This document shows, piece by piece, positions 33,134-43,430 of a stretch of 55,863 nucleotides of DNA. The stretch comes from a virus (lineage: Duplodnaviria; Caudoviricetes), in IMG/VR virus record IMGVR_UViG_3300017971_000058, positions 1 to 55,863 of that record, one strand, 5' to 3'. Position numbers and translations under genes: made by a program. Each line of letters opens with the position of its first letter. Positions within the stretch are counted from its first letter, which is position 1. The notes under the pieces are model-generated. The model was not told the DNA's origin. It saw only the letters and a program-made list of their open reading frames with translations, and did no database searches.

Positions 33134-35350
33134 ATGACACGCCCGCAGAAGCCTGAATTCATCGGGAACCCGAACAACGACCTGGACCTCGCTGCATACG
33201 AAGAGGCTGTACGCCGATGGGAGGAGGCGTGCAAGGTGTATGATGCCAACCTGCGCAAGGCCGCGGGCGAGCCGACGATCGACGACGCGCTCAAGCAGAT
33301 GACCGACGAGAAGGCCGGGCCGCCCGGCCCTCCCGGTCTCGATGGTGTGAACGGTGCACCCGGCCCGGAAGGTCCCGAGGGACCGGAGGGACCGGCCGGT
33401 GCTGACGGCGCCGACGGCGAAGACGGAGCCGAGTGGTTCGTCGGATCCGGCGCGCCCAGCGCAGGGCTCGGCGTGGACGGGGACTTCTACCTGAACAGCG
33501 ACAACGGCGACGTGTACAAGAAGGCTGGCGGCTCCTGGGGCAGCCCCGTCGCCAACATCAAGGGAGCCGACGGTGCAGACGGTGCTGATGGCGCCGACGG
33601 TGCGGACGGCTCGGTCTGGTACGAGGGCACGGGCGCTCCCGGCGCGGGCCTCGGCGTGGACGGCGACTTCTACCTGGACGACGCGACCGGCGACGTGTAC
33701 CAGAAGTCGGGCGGTTCCTGGGGCGTCGTCGCGAACATCACCGGCCCGACAGGCGCAACGGGCGCGGCCGGTGCCGATGGCGCGGACTGGTACAGCGACC
33801 CGACCGATCCCAGTACGCTCTACAACGACGGCGACCACCACATGAACACGGCCTCGGGGGAAATCTTCGAGCAAGTCAGTGGTGCGTGGGTCTCGCAGGG
33901 CACCCTCGACATGGAGGACGCAAAGCAAGACCGCGAGAACGGTATCGTGGACATCACCGAGTGCGAACTGGTGTTCGTGGACGGCACGCGCCAGGTCCAG
34001 ATCCAACCCTTCACCACCTTCTTCGAGTATTACCACGACGGTACCTACTACAAGGAGACCGGCACCCTGACTGTGGTGATTCCGGATGTCGAGGGCCTGC
34101 ACTGGGTCTACATCGACGGTGCTACGCTTTCTAGCACCCAGGTGTTCGACGAGTCTCTCATCATCGACGAAGTGCTCGTTGCTATCGCCTACTGGGATGC
34201 GACGAACAAGACCTTCATCCGCGAGGGAGACAAGCGTCACGGAGCCATCATGGCTTCTGCCACGCACCGTGCCGCGCATTTCACCACAGGTCCGGCTTAC
34301 AGTCTCGGCTTTGGACTTGGCAACATGGACGTGGACGGCAGCGGGAACAACGCATCTGCTGCGAGGTTCTCGGTCGCGGACGGGGACTACTACGACGCCG
34401 ACCTGAAGCACGCCATCAAGGACAACGCGCCCCAGGAGCTTTCGACCATCGCCGAGATTCCGTTGTTCCACCGCAGCGGGGCGAGCGGCGACTGGCGCAA
34501 GGTCACGGCCACCACGTATCCGATCACGACCACGGGCACCGGGCGCGCGGCGTGGAACGAGTTTACGGGCGGGTCGTGGGGCCTCTCCGAGGTCGCCAGC
34601 GGTGACTTCGTGCTCGTCCACTACTTCGCCACCAACGACAAGGTGGAGCCCATCATCGGGCTCGTGGGCCTGGACACGTACAGCGATATCCGCATGGCGC
34701 GAGAAGGCGCCGCGGCCGAACTGGACGCGTTGCGCGACGGAGTGTATCAGGGCCTGATCCCGGACAGTATCCCGATCGCCACAGTGATCTGGGAGACCAA
34801 CTCTTCGTACACCAACGCAGTCAAGTCGCGCGTGCGCTCCACGCACCGGGACGAGGACTACGTGGACTGGCGAGACACGCTGGGTGACGAGAATGTCCCT
34901 GGGCCGGACCTCAACGCCAACAAGGCGATGCAGTACCGGAACACGGACAACTCGACCAACATGAACGTGACGGGCGGGGTGCCCGTGCCGCTGTTCGCTA
35001 CAGCGGAACTCACGCACCCGGACTTCACTCTCACGAGCGCGACGCAGATCACTTGCAACTTCGACGGCATAGTCGAGGTGAGTGGTTGTATCACCATCGT
35101 CACAGGAGTCACCACCATCCTCAACCTGGCTGCTGGTTACTTGCTGAACGGCACGCCTCTTGCGGGCTACGGCGGTTCTCAGCCGATGCAGGCTCCTGCC
35201 CTTGCCTTCGGCTCCATCACGGTGCCGACCCGTCGCATCGCCGTATCCAACGGCGACACGATCGGCATTTTCGCAATCCGTCTCGGCGGTGCCGGGTCGG
35301 TTCTTCAGATCAACAACCTCTCCTGGGGCCTCGTCAAGAGGATCTCCTGA
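33134..35350 (+). CDS. Collagen-like fibre protein
   Basis: Gly-X-Y runs (GPEGPE, GADGAD), duplicated GLGVDGDFYL...GDVY module and a beta-rich BclA/C1q-like C-terminus. Confidence 0.8.
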   Translation: MTRPQKPEFIGNPNNDLDLAAYEEAVRRWEEACKVYDANLRKAAGEPTIDDALKQMTDEKAGPPGPPGLDGVNGAPGPEGPEGPEGPAGADGADGEDGAEWFVGSGAPSAGLGVDGDFYLNSDNGDVYKKAGGSWGSPVANIKGADGADGADGADGADGSVWYEGTGAPGAGLGVDGDFYLDDATGDVYQKSGGSWGVVANITGPTGATGAAGADGADWYSDPTDPSTLYNDGDHHMNTASGEIFEQVSGAWVSQGTLDMEDAKQDRENGIVDITECELVFVDGTRQVQIQPFTTFFEYYHDGTYYKETGTLTVVIPDVEGLHWVYIDGATLSSTQVFDESLIIDEVLVAIAYWDATNKTFIREGDKRHGAIMASATHRAAHFTTGPAYSLGFGLGNMDVDGSGNNASAARFSVADGDYYDADLKHAIKDNAPQELSTIAEIPLFHRSGASGDWRKVTATTYPITTTGTGRAAWNEFTGGSWGLSEVASGDFVLVHYFATNDKVEPIIGLVGLDTYSDIRMAREGAAAELDALRDGVYQGLIPDSIPIATVIWETNSSYTNAVKSRVRSTHRDEDYVDWRDTLGDENVPGPDLNANKAMQYRNTDNSTNMNVTGGVPVPLFATAELTHPDFTLTSATQITCNFDGIVEVSGCITIVTGVTTILNLAAGYLLNGTPLAGYGGSQPMQAPALAFGSITVPTRRIAVSNGDTIGIFAIRLGGAGSVLQINNLSWGLVKRIS

Positions 35351-35351
35351 C

Positions 35352-35498
35352 ATGAAGCGCTACAAGAAGCTGCTCATCGCGCTCGCGGCCATCGCGAGCA
35401 TCTACATCGTGAAGGCCACCGGCCTTGACCAGGGCCTCATTGACGACGTGCTCGATGCGGCGATCGAGGCAGTCACCGAAGCCCCGGCCGAGGAGTAG
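35352..35498 (+). CDS. Small membrane protein (possible holin-like)
   Basis: MKRYKKLLIALAAIASIYIV...; single TM helix. Confidence 0.5.
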   Translation: MKRYKKLLIALAAIASIYIVKATGLDQGLIDDVLDAAIEAVTEAPAEE

Positions 35499-35501
35499 AT
35501 C

Positions 35502-35789
35502 ATGGACTTCAACTGGATTCGCCATGACCTTCTCAGAGGCGCGGGCCATAGTACGTCGGCAGCAGGGAAGCGTTCTGTGCATACCGTAGTGGTCACTTCT
35601 ACGATGCGGCAGGGCGAACTGCTCAATCGGCTACACGGTGTGAAGACAGCATCTCTACAGCAAGGAGCTAACGGCTTCTTCCGAGGCCGCCCGGTTCCTG
35701 TAGTGTTCGATACCGAAGCCGTGCAGACGATCGTTGCGTCGTACGAGGCCGAGCTGGACAAGCTACGCAAGCAACTTGGAGTGACCTAG
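35502..35789 (+). CDS. Hypothetical protein with atypical codon usage
   Basis: 95-aa ORF filling the gap; GAGGAG upstream. Confidence 0.55.
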   Translation: MDFNWIRHDLLRGAGHSTSAAGKRSVHTVVVTSTMRQGELLNRLHGVKTASLQQGANGFFRGRPVPVVFDTEAVQTIVASYEAELDKLRKQLGVT

Positions 35790-35790
35790 C

Positions 35791-36369
35791 ATGGGAGTCG
35801 GACTCGAGACCCTGTTCCACCTCATCTACGAGCTCGTTCACTGGATCGTCTCGTGGATCGTCCCTCAGTATGGCGTCGTCGAGGCGCAGGAGATGGGCGT
35901 GAAGGTGACAGGGCCTCGGGTCAAGGAACTCAAGCCGGGCGGCTACTGGCAGCACCGCCAGCGCACGACGGTCTACAAGGCCAACGTGAAGCGAGTGGTG
36001 CGCGAGCCCGCTGACGTGATCGCGACCACGAAGGACGGCCACTCTGTCCGTGTCGGGATCTCGTTGGCGTTCATCATCACCAACATCAAGACGTGGCTCA
36101 TCGACAACGAGGACGCGGAACAGGGCCTCCTCGTGGACGTGCAACGAGTCGTGCTCAAGTTCGTCAGGACGCACACGTTTGACGAGATCCAGGAGCACGA
36201 CGAGGACGACCTCACCAAACTCGCGCAGAAGGAACTCGGTCGCTACTTCGGCGTGCAAGTGAAACAGCTCGGCATCACGACGTTCGTCGAGACCGAGTGC
36301 CGCGACCTCAACCACTCCGGCAGCCTCGACGCGAGCGCCGGTATTTCCGAGGAAGAAGAAGACGAATGA
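35791..36369 (+). CDS. SPFH/Band 7 domain protein
   Basis: N-terminal hydrophobic stretch, ELKPGGYW, TTKDGHSV and FGVQVKQLGI motifs. Confidence 0.75.
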   Translation: MGVGLETLFHLIYELVHWIVSWIVPQYGVVEAQEMGVKVTGPRVKELKPGGYWQHRQRTTVYKANVKRVVREPADVIATTKDGHSVRVGISLAFIITNIKTWLIDNEDAEQGLLVDVQRVVLKFVRTHTFDEIQEHDEDDLTKLAQKELGRYFGVQVKQLGITTFVETECRDLNHSGSLDASAGISEEEEDE

Positions 36370-36767
36370 AGCATCTGCTGATTGCTCTGAGCCTCGCGCT
36401 CGCTTCGTGCGCGGGAGTGCAGCCCGGCAACGTGCCGATCGCGGAGGGCTCGGTTGCCCGAACCATCGAGCGCGTGCTGGACCGCACCGAAGCCTACGCC
36501 GCGGAGGACAGCCTCGAGTTCGACAGGGAAGTCGCGGTCTCGATCGAGCACGCCCGCTCGGTGCTGCTGGTGCCGGAGGCGAGCGGGGCCTCGTTGCGGA
36601 GCTACCTGGCCCCGCTGATGAGCCTGCACGACCTGCTGGTCTCGGAGCGCGGCGCCGACGGCCGCCTCGAACAGCTCGAAGTGGACGTATATCTGGAGGA
36701 CACCGCGCGCCTCCGCTCTCTGTTCGACGCCGTGAACATCTACGCAGCGCCAGCCTTGGCGCCCTAG
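36366..36767 (+). CDS. Lipoprotein
   Basis: MKHLLIALSLALAS-C lipobox. Confidence 0.7.
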   Translation: MKHLLIALSLALASCAGVQPGNVPIAEGSVARTIERVLDRTEAYAAEDSLEFDREVAVSIEHARSVLLVPEASGASLRSYLAPLMSLHDLLVSERGADGRLEQLEVDVYLEDTARLRSLFDAVNIYAAPALAP

Positions 36768-36771
36768 TCCT

Positions 36772-37092
36772 ATGATGCAGCTCCCGGAAGACTACGTGCC
36801 CGAATGGGCGAAGTACATCATCGCGACCGTTCTCGGCGCAGGCGGCCTGCACTGGTTCCGCGTCTGGTTGGAGTCTCGACGGCTCGCGAAAAAGGACTTC
36901 CGGGAGCTGCTGCTGGACCGAATCCGTGAATTGGAGACGGTGGTGGCGAACATGCAGAAGCGGATGGGCAACCTGCGGGTGGAGATGGCCCATCTGGAGA
37001 CGGAGAACATCCAGCTCAGGCGCCAGCTTGGGCTCGAAGAGGAGAATCACCGTGTTGACGAACAGGAGGAAGGAGGAAGCGTCGATGGATAG
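36772..37092 (+). CDS. TM plus coiled-coil protein (holin/spanin-like)
   Basis: YIIATVLGAGGLHWF followed by heptads. Confidence 0.55.
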   Translation: MMQLPEDYVPEWAKYIIATVLGAGGLHWFRVWLESRRLAKKDFRELLLDRIRELETVVANMQKRMGNLRVEMAHLETENIQLRRQLGLEEENHRVDEQEEGGSVDG

Positions 37093-37597
37093 CCTGCGCA
37101 GCCCGATGGACTTGTGCGAACGCCTCGGTTTGAGGCCGATGGCGGCGCAACTCTCCATCATGCGCCGCTTCTACGAGGGTGAGAACCCCCTCCAAGCCCC
37201 CGAAGTTCCCAACGAGAAGACAGTCAACGCCGTCGCGGTGTGCGCACTGTGGCGGCTGCTGTCCATCCCAGGCTCCCGATGTGTGGTCATCGGGTCGAGT
37301 CGCGACCTGGAGGGCCGCTTCATGGGTATCCTCCACGAGATCACGACCAAGGTGGACCCGATTCTCGCCTCTGTGTGCCGTTGGACGAACAAGCGAACGC
37401 TCAAGGTCGGCGACGCGGCTGGGCACGAGCTGCGATTCGTGTCGAATGTGCCTGAATGGCTCCGGTGCATGGAAGAAGGGCCGACCACGTACGTGGTTTT
37501 GGGTGCTCGAAGCTCTGATACTAATTTTGTAGACGCTTCGAGGATCATCGAGAGCTACGACGGACTCAGAGGAGCCCGCCACATCATCGTTTGGTAG
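37085..37597 (+). CDS. Degenerate paralogue of the terminase ATPase domain
   Basis: Collinear similarity to the adjacent TerL N-domain, with Walker A and B lost. Confidence 0.6.
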   Translation: MDSLRSPMDLCERLGLRPMAAQLSIMRRFYEGENPLQAPEVPNEKTVNAVAVCALWRLLSIPGSRCVVIGSSRDLEGRFMGILHEITTKVDPILASVCRWTNKRTLKVGDAAGHELRFVSNVPEWLRCMEEGPTTYVVLGARSSDTNFVDASRIIESYDGLRGARHIIVW

Positions 37598-37600
37598 CAG

Positions 37601-39058
37601 ATGGGGCGCTTCTCGCGACAATTCGAGCCTCTCTACGAGCGTTGGCGCTCCGATATCCGCGTCTTTGCTCGGGAGGCGATGAATTTCGACTACACCTGGC
37701 AGCAGGAGGAGCTGTTCGACATCGTACAGCTCGAATCCTGGCTCCCAGTCGAGAAGCGGCTCAAGCGAATCGCTGTCCGCTCCGGAAAAGGGCCTGGAAA
37801 GACGGCCGCGTCGGCGATTGTGGCGCTGTGGCGCTGCCTGCGCTACCCCGACGCGCTCTGCATCGTCACTTCGCCGTCGATGCGCCAGTGCAAACAGTGG
37901 ATCGACGAGTGCTCCCGCCTTTTGAAGGACGCGCACCCCGTCTTGCAGAAGATGGTGAAGTGCTACGGCACCAAAGTCGAGATCAACGGCTCGAAGCTGT
38001 GGGGAATCCGCACCGCCACGGCCACTAGGCCGGAGAACCTCCAGGGGATCCACGAGAAGCGCCTCACGTTCATCGCTGACGAAGCCTCCGGCGTCGCGGC
38101 GAAGATCATGCAGACGATCAAGGACACGCTCTCCAACCCGGACGCGCTGTTCCTGGCGATCGGCAACCCGAACACGAGCTCGTGCGACTTCTACTCCTAC
38201 TTCACGGCGAACGCTGAACAGTGGCACCGCCTGTGCTGGAACGCTGAGGACACGGCTCGGGACTACCCCCACCTCCTCTCTCCCACCCGGAACAAGCAGA
38301 TCGAGTGGGAATTCGGCCGCGACAGCGATCAGTACCGCATCGCAGTCCTCGGCGAGTTCCCTCACGAGGACCCGAACAACGTCATGGGCCTGCGGGACCT
38401 GACGATCTGCACCAAGACCAGTCTGCTGGGCTGCGCGGGCATCTTCGACATGCTGCGCGTGAACAAGGCCATCGGAATCGACTACGCGCGCTTCGGTGGG
38501 GACGAGTCGGTCATCGCGCGCCGGGCAGGGCTCGCCATCGTGGACTTCGAGACGTTCGTGAAGACCGAGCCGATCCAAGTCACCGATCGGGCCTTCGCGA
38601 TGCAGCGGGATGCCAACTGGCGCGATGCGGACTGCTGGTACATCCCGGATGCGGGCGGGATGGGCCAAGGCGTCGTCTACTCGTTCCACGAGGGCGGCAA
38701 GAACGTGCTGGAGTTCCACACGCAGGCTCGCGCGTACGACAGCGCGATGTTCGCCGACCTCTACTCTGAGGCGTGGTGGATGTTCCGCAACCTGGTGCGC
38801 GAGCACATCGTGCGCATCCCCAACGACGCGCGGCTGCTCAAGCAGCTCTCGACGCGTCAGTACTACACCGACCGCAAGGGGAAGCTCAAGGTCGAATCGA
38901 AGGACGAGTGGCGGAAGCGCATGGAGATCAGCGAGTCTCCCGACCGCGCCGACGCGATCGTCATGGCCTTCTACCCGCACCTCGGTGAGGAAGGCGCCCT
39001 GATCCAAGCCTCTCGCCACCACCACATCGTCGGGACTCGAGCCCAAAGGAGCCGCTAG
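37601..39058 (+). CDS. terL: Terminase large subunit
   Basis: SGKGPGKT, FIADEASG, IGNP, GIDYARFGGDES and SPDRADA motifs. Confidence 0.95.
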   Translation: MGRFSRQFEPLYERWRSDIRVFAREAMNFDYTWQQEELFDIVQLESWLPVEKRLKRIAVRSGKGPGKTAASAIVALWRCLRYPDALCIVTSPSMRQCKQWIDECSRLLKDAHPVLQKMVKCYGTKVEINGSKLWGIRTATATRPENLQGIHEKRLTFIADEASGVAAKIMQTIKDTLSNPDALFLAIGNPNTSSCDFYSYFTANAEQWHRLCWNAEDTARDYPHLLSPTRNKQIEWEFGRDSDQYRIAVLGEFPHEDPNNVMGLRDLTICTKTSLLGCAGIFDMLRVNKAIGIDYARFGGDESVIARRAGLAIVDFETFVKTEPIQVTDRAFAMQRDANWRDADCWYIPDAGGMGQGVVYSFHEGGKNVLEFHTQARAYDSAMFADLYSEAWWMFRNLVREHIVRIPNDARLLKQLSTRQYYTDRKGKLKVESKDEWRKRMEISESPDRADAIVMAFYPHLGEEGALIQASRHHHIVGTRAQRSR

Positions 39059-39282
39059 TGAACTGCGCTCAAGTCAACTGCCGCGGCACGCTCCGCGTCA
39101 CCCACACCTACACCGAGGCGTCCGGGAAGTGGCAGCGTGCGGTCTGCTCGGATTGCGGCACGGTCCACCGGCTCGACATCGAGGCGACCGTCGTCACGGG
39201 GCGGGGCGACGGGGCGAAGGCCCATGCCGCGAGGGCCAGGGGGCTCTCGGAAACGTCTTCCGGGGACGGATCGGGCTCGTAG
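39058..39282 (+). CDS. Zn-ribbon protein (Ogr/Delta-like)
   Basis: CAQVNC...LRVTHT...CSDCG pattern. Confidence 0.55.
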   Translation: MNCAQVNCRGTLRVTHTYTEASGKWQRAVCSDCGTVHRLDIEATVVTGRGDGAKAHAARARGLSETSSGDGSGS

Positions 39283-39459
39283 ACGCTCTGTACTGCCCTG
39301 TACGGCCACGGCCCGGCGCGCGTCCGATCACGCGCGCCGGGCCGCTTGCGTCCCAGGGTAGCCGGGAGGGGCCGAACCCAGGGCTGGAAATGGGCCCGAC
39401 GCCGAGGGAGGCAATCTCGACGCCGGGCCACGGGGCAGATGACCGCCGGAGCGGCCCTA

Positions 39460-39999
39460 TCAGAGCGCGACGGAGGCGTACAGGGTCGTGCCGTCGCTGT
39501 AGACTCGAGCCGTGGACCCGATGGCGAGCACCAGGGGCGTGCCCGCGCCCCCGCCGTTGATCTGCTCGGTGCCGTTGGGGTCCAGGTTCAGCGTGCCGGA
39601 GGTCATGTCGTTCCGGATCTCGACCGTGCGCCCGGCCCAGCTCGCCGCGGCGAGGAAGTCGTAGTCGAGCGTGCCGGTGCCTGTGAACCTGACGAAGGCG
39701 TCGCCGATGGCCTGCGTGGTGGTCGCTGAGAGGCCATTGAGGTCGCGCTTGTAGTCGGAGTACGGGATCCAGTTCGTGCCGTCGCTCCAGTAGAGCGTCC
39801 AGCCGAGAGTCGTGTGATCCACCCACACGAAGCAGCGGTCGTAGGCCGCGGCAGCGAAGGTGCTCTGGAGATCCGTCTCGTCGCCCGTGTGCTCGTGGAT
39901 CGGGAAGGGCGCGTTGAGGATGGCCTCGTCGTTGTCGTCGATCTTCTGGTGCCAGTTCTGGATGCCAGAGTCAACGTCGTTCTTGGTCGGTCGTCCCAT
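39460..39999 (-). CDS. Putative tail fibre/virion protein
   Basis: Last gene of the tail operon; WSDGTNW and VYSDGT motifs. Confidence 0.65.
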   Translation of the reverse strand: MGRPTKNDVDSGIQNWHQKIDDNDEAILNAPFPIHEHTGDETDLQSTFAAAAYDRCFVWVDHTTLGWTLYWSDGTNWIPYSDYKRDLNGLSATTTQAIGDAFVRFTGTGTLDYDFLAAASWAGRTVEIRNDMTSGTLNLDPNGTEQINGGGAGTPLVLAIGSTARVYSDGTTLYASVAL

Positions 40000-40011
40000 G
40001 ATTGCCTCCTG

Positions 40012-42906
40012 CTAGACGCGGGTGATCGTGAGCGACGGGCTCACGGGAGATGAGTAGCTGTTCGCGATGTGAGTCACGCGGACCTTGAAGGCCGAGGGCT
40101 CGACACCGAACGCCGCCACCAGAGCAGCGTTCGTGATCTCGTACTCGGACACGACGTTCGCATCCACGCTGATTGTGCTCTGCACGACATCACCTGTCGT
40201 GAGCAGCTCGATCTGCACCGTGCCAGGGATCGTGGGCGAGCCGACGGCCACGCCCGCGGACTGGCCGCCCGCCCCTGTCTGCTTGGTGCCGGTCGAGATC
40301 GCCCAACTTACCGTGATGTCGTCACCAGTCTGGAAGGCCGGGACGTTCTTGTACGGGGCACGGACGTGAACGTAGTCGGGCGCGATCGGGACCTGGCCCT
40401 TGCCGATGATCTCACCCCCCGCCGGACCGACCGCGGACAGGTTGACCTGGCCGCCGGACGTGCCGGGCTGCGACTTGACCCAGAGATCCTCCGTGGGCTC
40501 CAGGAGAGCGTCGGTGATTTCTGTGACGGCCGAGGCGTCGATGATGTAGACGGTCGATCCGATCGGGTGGGCGAGCTTGCGCGTGTCGTAGCAGGCGCGT
40601 GCAAGGCCATCGAGGCGGCGGGTGGTGCCGCTGACGATGGTGGTCTTCTGCACGATGCAGATTTCCACCCCCGCGCTGGATACGATGACCGCGAGTTGCT
40701 TGCCCAGGCCCCAGCTCGTGAGGTCCGCGGAGTAGTCCGAGACGGTGGAGTTGTCCGGCCCCAGCTCGGAGAACTCGATCGACTGATCCTCGTAGCTCGG
40801 GCCGTCGGCCGCGAGGGCCTCCGTAGTGGTGCCCCCAGTCTGCACGTTCAGGTCGTTGACCGCCAACGTGTACGTCACATCGTCGCGAGAGATGTGGATG
40901 GACGAGAAGCTGGTCTCGCTGTTGGCACGAATGCGCGGCACCATGATGTACTGCGTGGCCGGGAAGGTCGTGCCGAGAAGCTGCTCCGGGATTTCCAACC
41001 AGGTGAAGGCTTCGTCCTGTTCGGGATCCTGCGGCGTACCCGGGGTTCCCCCCTGTCCGGTCTGGAAGTCCGACAGCGGGACGCCGTAGAAGTCCGGGAT
41101 GACCTTGAGCTGTACGCGCTCGGAGAGAGGGTCCACTTCAACGGACAGGACGCGAAGAATCTCGTCGAAACCCTCTGCCGTGATCGCATCGCCGGGTAGA
41201 AGGTCGCGGGCTTCGCGCGAGGCGTCGAGTCGGAACTGCGCGCCCGGAGCCAGCTCTTCGGGAGACCGCAACTCGGAGAGCGACGCTGCCGTGGCGAAGA
41301 GCGTGGTGGACACGATCGGGACCTTGCGCGACCTCTGGTGCTCCATGTAGGCGGCTTGTCCGTCCTCGTCCACCGCGATCGTCATGTCCCCATAGGAGTT
41401 CTCCCGGTCGCTGAACGAGAAGATGAGCCTGTCCACGGGGTGCTCGCCGTGGACGGTCTCGATTTCAGGCAGCCGATCTGCGTAGATGTCCTCCACGAAC
41501 GCAGGCAGAGAGCCCGACGGAAAGCGCACTCGCTGGAAGAGAAGGTTGCCGGTGGCGGTGTCGATCGGCAGCATCGTGCCGTGGTCCTGGAGCATGGAGC
41601 CCAGCAGGGCTTCGGCGGTCTCACCCTGCGAACCGAGCACGGCTGCTCGCCACTCGTTCGTCTCGGCTTCCACGCCCAGGTCTTCGAGGGAGTCGGTGTC
41701 CCACTTCTCGACAAGGTGGTCCGGGTCGAGTTGAAGTCCCAGAGGGAAGTCAGCGAACAGCAGCTCGCCAATGACGTGCGCGATGTTCGCGCCGTCGGTC
41801 TCGTCCTCTTCGTAGAGCTGTATCGTGCCTGTGGCAGTCGCTCCCAGCGTACCCCCTTGCAGGAACACGCGGGTTTTCGTGCCGTAGATGTCGAAGCCTT
41901 GGTAGTTGGTGCCGATAACCACCAGGGCGGTCTCTGCTCGCAGCACTTCGTAGGTGCCGTTCGGCATCCCCACGCCCACCAGTTCAACGTCGAAGAGCGG
42001 CTTGAACTTGTTGGTCCGGTCGCCTGCGACCTGGATGTACCCGGTGTCTTCGTTCGCGTTGGCGAGCACGGCCTCGACAGCGTAGGTCGGGCCGGTCAGC
42101 GTGCGGTTGGGCTCGTACCAGCCGTCGGACTGTGTGAGTCCTGTCCACGACGGGCGCCGCTCCACCACGTAGTCGATGATGCCCCACGTCTGCCCCGTCA
42201 TGCGCTTCTTGTTCCAGACGACGTAGCAGGCGTGCGGCCATCGCGAGCTGACGGTCACGCGGTTGGCGTTGCCGAGGAAGCTGTTGACGGGCTGGTCAGG
42301 CTCGCCCCAGTAGATCGTGAAGGAACCCTCCTTGCCCAGGTTGATGGTGGAGCCGCTCGGGTGGGACTCAGAGGAGATGGGGCCTGTGAAGATGGCCTTA
42401 CCTCCTTGGATGATCTGATGCAGGGCGTACATCGGGCCGATGCCGAGGACGTGCCACCCTGCTTCGTAGTAGACATCGACCTCGGGAGCGTCACCGCCCT
42501 TGCCGCCTTCGGTCTTCTCCTTGCGGATCTCTCGGTCGCCCGCCCAGCAGAACACCGGGCCCACGCGCCGGATGCCGACGTGCCAGTTCGTGAACGATCC
42601 TCGAGTCGTGAGCGTGGTGGGTTTGTCGGACTGGATCGGCGAGTCGTTCTTCTTCGCGAGCATCTGCCCGGCAAGCAGCGACAAGCCGATCGAAACGACG
42701 AGCCACGCGAGCTGGACCCAAGCCTGCTGCACTCCCGGTTCGACGGCGGGAGCTTGGCCGAAGGGCTCTCCGAAGCAGAGAATGCAGCCCGCGATCAGCA
42801 CGTTCACACCGAGCAGCCCCTTGAGCCAGAATCGGCCGCGGTCGCAGTTCCAGTTGTAGGTCACGTCGTCCACGCGACGCCAGAGCCATTGAGCTACTCG
42901 CTGCAT
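40012..42906 (-). CDS. Tail tip / host-specificity protein (GTA-like)
   Basis: Follows NlpC/P60 and DUF2163 genes; LLPGDAI and LARACYDT...HPIG motifs. Start ATG 42906. Confidence 0.75.
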   Translation of the reverse strand: MQRVAQWLWRRVDDVTYNWNCDRGRFWLKGLLGVNVLIAGCILCFGEPFGQAPAVEPGVQQAWVQLAWLVVSIGLSLLAGQMLAKKNDSPIQSDKPTTLTTRGSFTNWHVGIRRVGPVFCWAGDREIRKEKTEGGKGGDAPEVDVYYEAGWHVLGIGPMYALHQIIQGGKAIFTGPISSESHPSGSTINLGKEGSFTIYWGEPDQPVNSFLGNANRVTVSSRWPHACYVVWNKKRMTGQTWGIIDYVVERRPSWTGLTQSDGWYEPNRTLTGPTYAVEAVLANANEDTGYIQVAGDRTNKFKPLFDVELVGVGMPNGTYEVLRAETALVVIGTNYQGFDIYGTKTRVFLQGGTLGATATGTIQLYEEDETDGANIAHVIGELLFADFPLGLQLDPDHLVEKWDTDSLEDLGVEAETNEWRAAVLGSQGETAEALLGSMLQDHGTMLPIDTATGNLLFQRVRFPSGSLPAFVEDIYADRLPEIETVHGEHPVDRLIFSFSDRENSYGDMTIAVDEDGQAAYMEHQRSRKVPIVSTTLFATAASLSELRSPEELAPGAQFRLDASREARDLLPGDAITAEGFDEILRVLSVEVDPLSERVQLKVIPDFYGVPLSDFQTGQGGTPGTPQDPEQDEAFTWLEIPEQLLGTTFPATQYIMVPRIRANSETSFSSIHISRDDVTYTLAVNDLNVQTGGTTTEALAADGPSYEDQSIEFSELGPDNSTVSDYSADLTSWGLGKQLAVIVSSAGVEICIVQKTTIVSGTTRRLDGLARACYDTRKLAHPIGSTVYIIDASAVTEITDALLEPTEDLWVKSQPGTSGGQVNLSAVGPAGGEIIGKGQVPIAPDYVHVRAPYKNVPAFQTGDDITVSWAISTGTKQTGAGGQSAGVAVGSPTIPGTVQIELLTTGDVVQSTISVDANVVSEYEITNAALVAAFGVEPSAFKVRVTHIANSYSSPVSPSLTITRV

Positions 42907-43430
42907 CTGCCCCACCTTTCCTTGTCGTCGATTCTGTAGATGGCGTAGAGCACTTGGCTGTCCAAGAGCGACCACCCCCCTTGGTGGAAACCAGCGCCAG
43001 GCAGCGCGTGCCATAGCTCGTTGGGTCGCGTGCCGACGATCTCGACGTGCCCGGGGCCTCCTCCGGGCTCGCCGGTCGTTACGATGTCGCCCGGTTCGAC
43101 CTCGAACATGCGCTCGTCGTTGGCCTCGACCTTGTGGCACGGCGAATAACGCCGGACGAGCTCGCGCACGGCCGCTATGGCCCCGGCGCGATCGTGCATG
43201 CTGGCGTCGTAGGGCATTCCGGGGAAGGCAGCTCGTTCGCGGCCGTCGATCATGTCCACGACGCCGAAGATGCCGCCAATGCAGTCACACCCGCGCTGGA
43301 TGAAGCGCTGGCCTGACTCGTACGGGGTGCCCTCCCACTCACGCAGGGCCTCGCCCAGCGCCTTGCGAGCGTTGAGGGTCAGGTCGCCGAGAGTCCACAC
43401 GAGGCGAGGGCGGTAGACGCGAACGGTCAT
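42894..43430 (-). CDS. NlpC/P60-family tail peptidase
   Basis: WEGTPY...GCDCIG...GHV...WHA catalytic pattern. Confidence 0.85.
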   Translation of the reverse strand: MTVRVYRPRLVWTLGDLTLNARKALGEALREWEGTPYESGQRFIQRGCDCIGGIFGVVDMIDGRERAAFPGMPYDASMHDRAGAIAAVRELVRRYSPCHKVEANDERMFEVEPGDIVTTGEPGGGPGHVEIVGTRPNELWHALPGAGFHQGGWSLLDSQVLYAIYRIDDKERWGRCSE

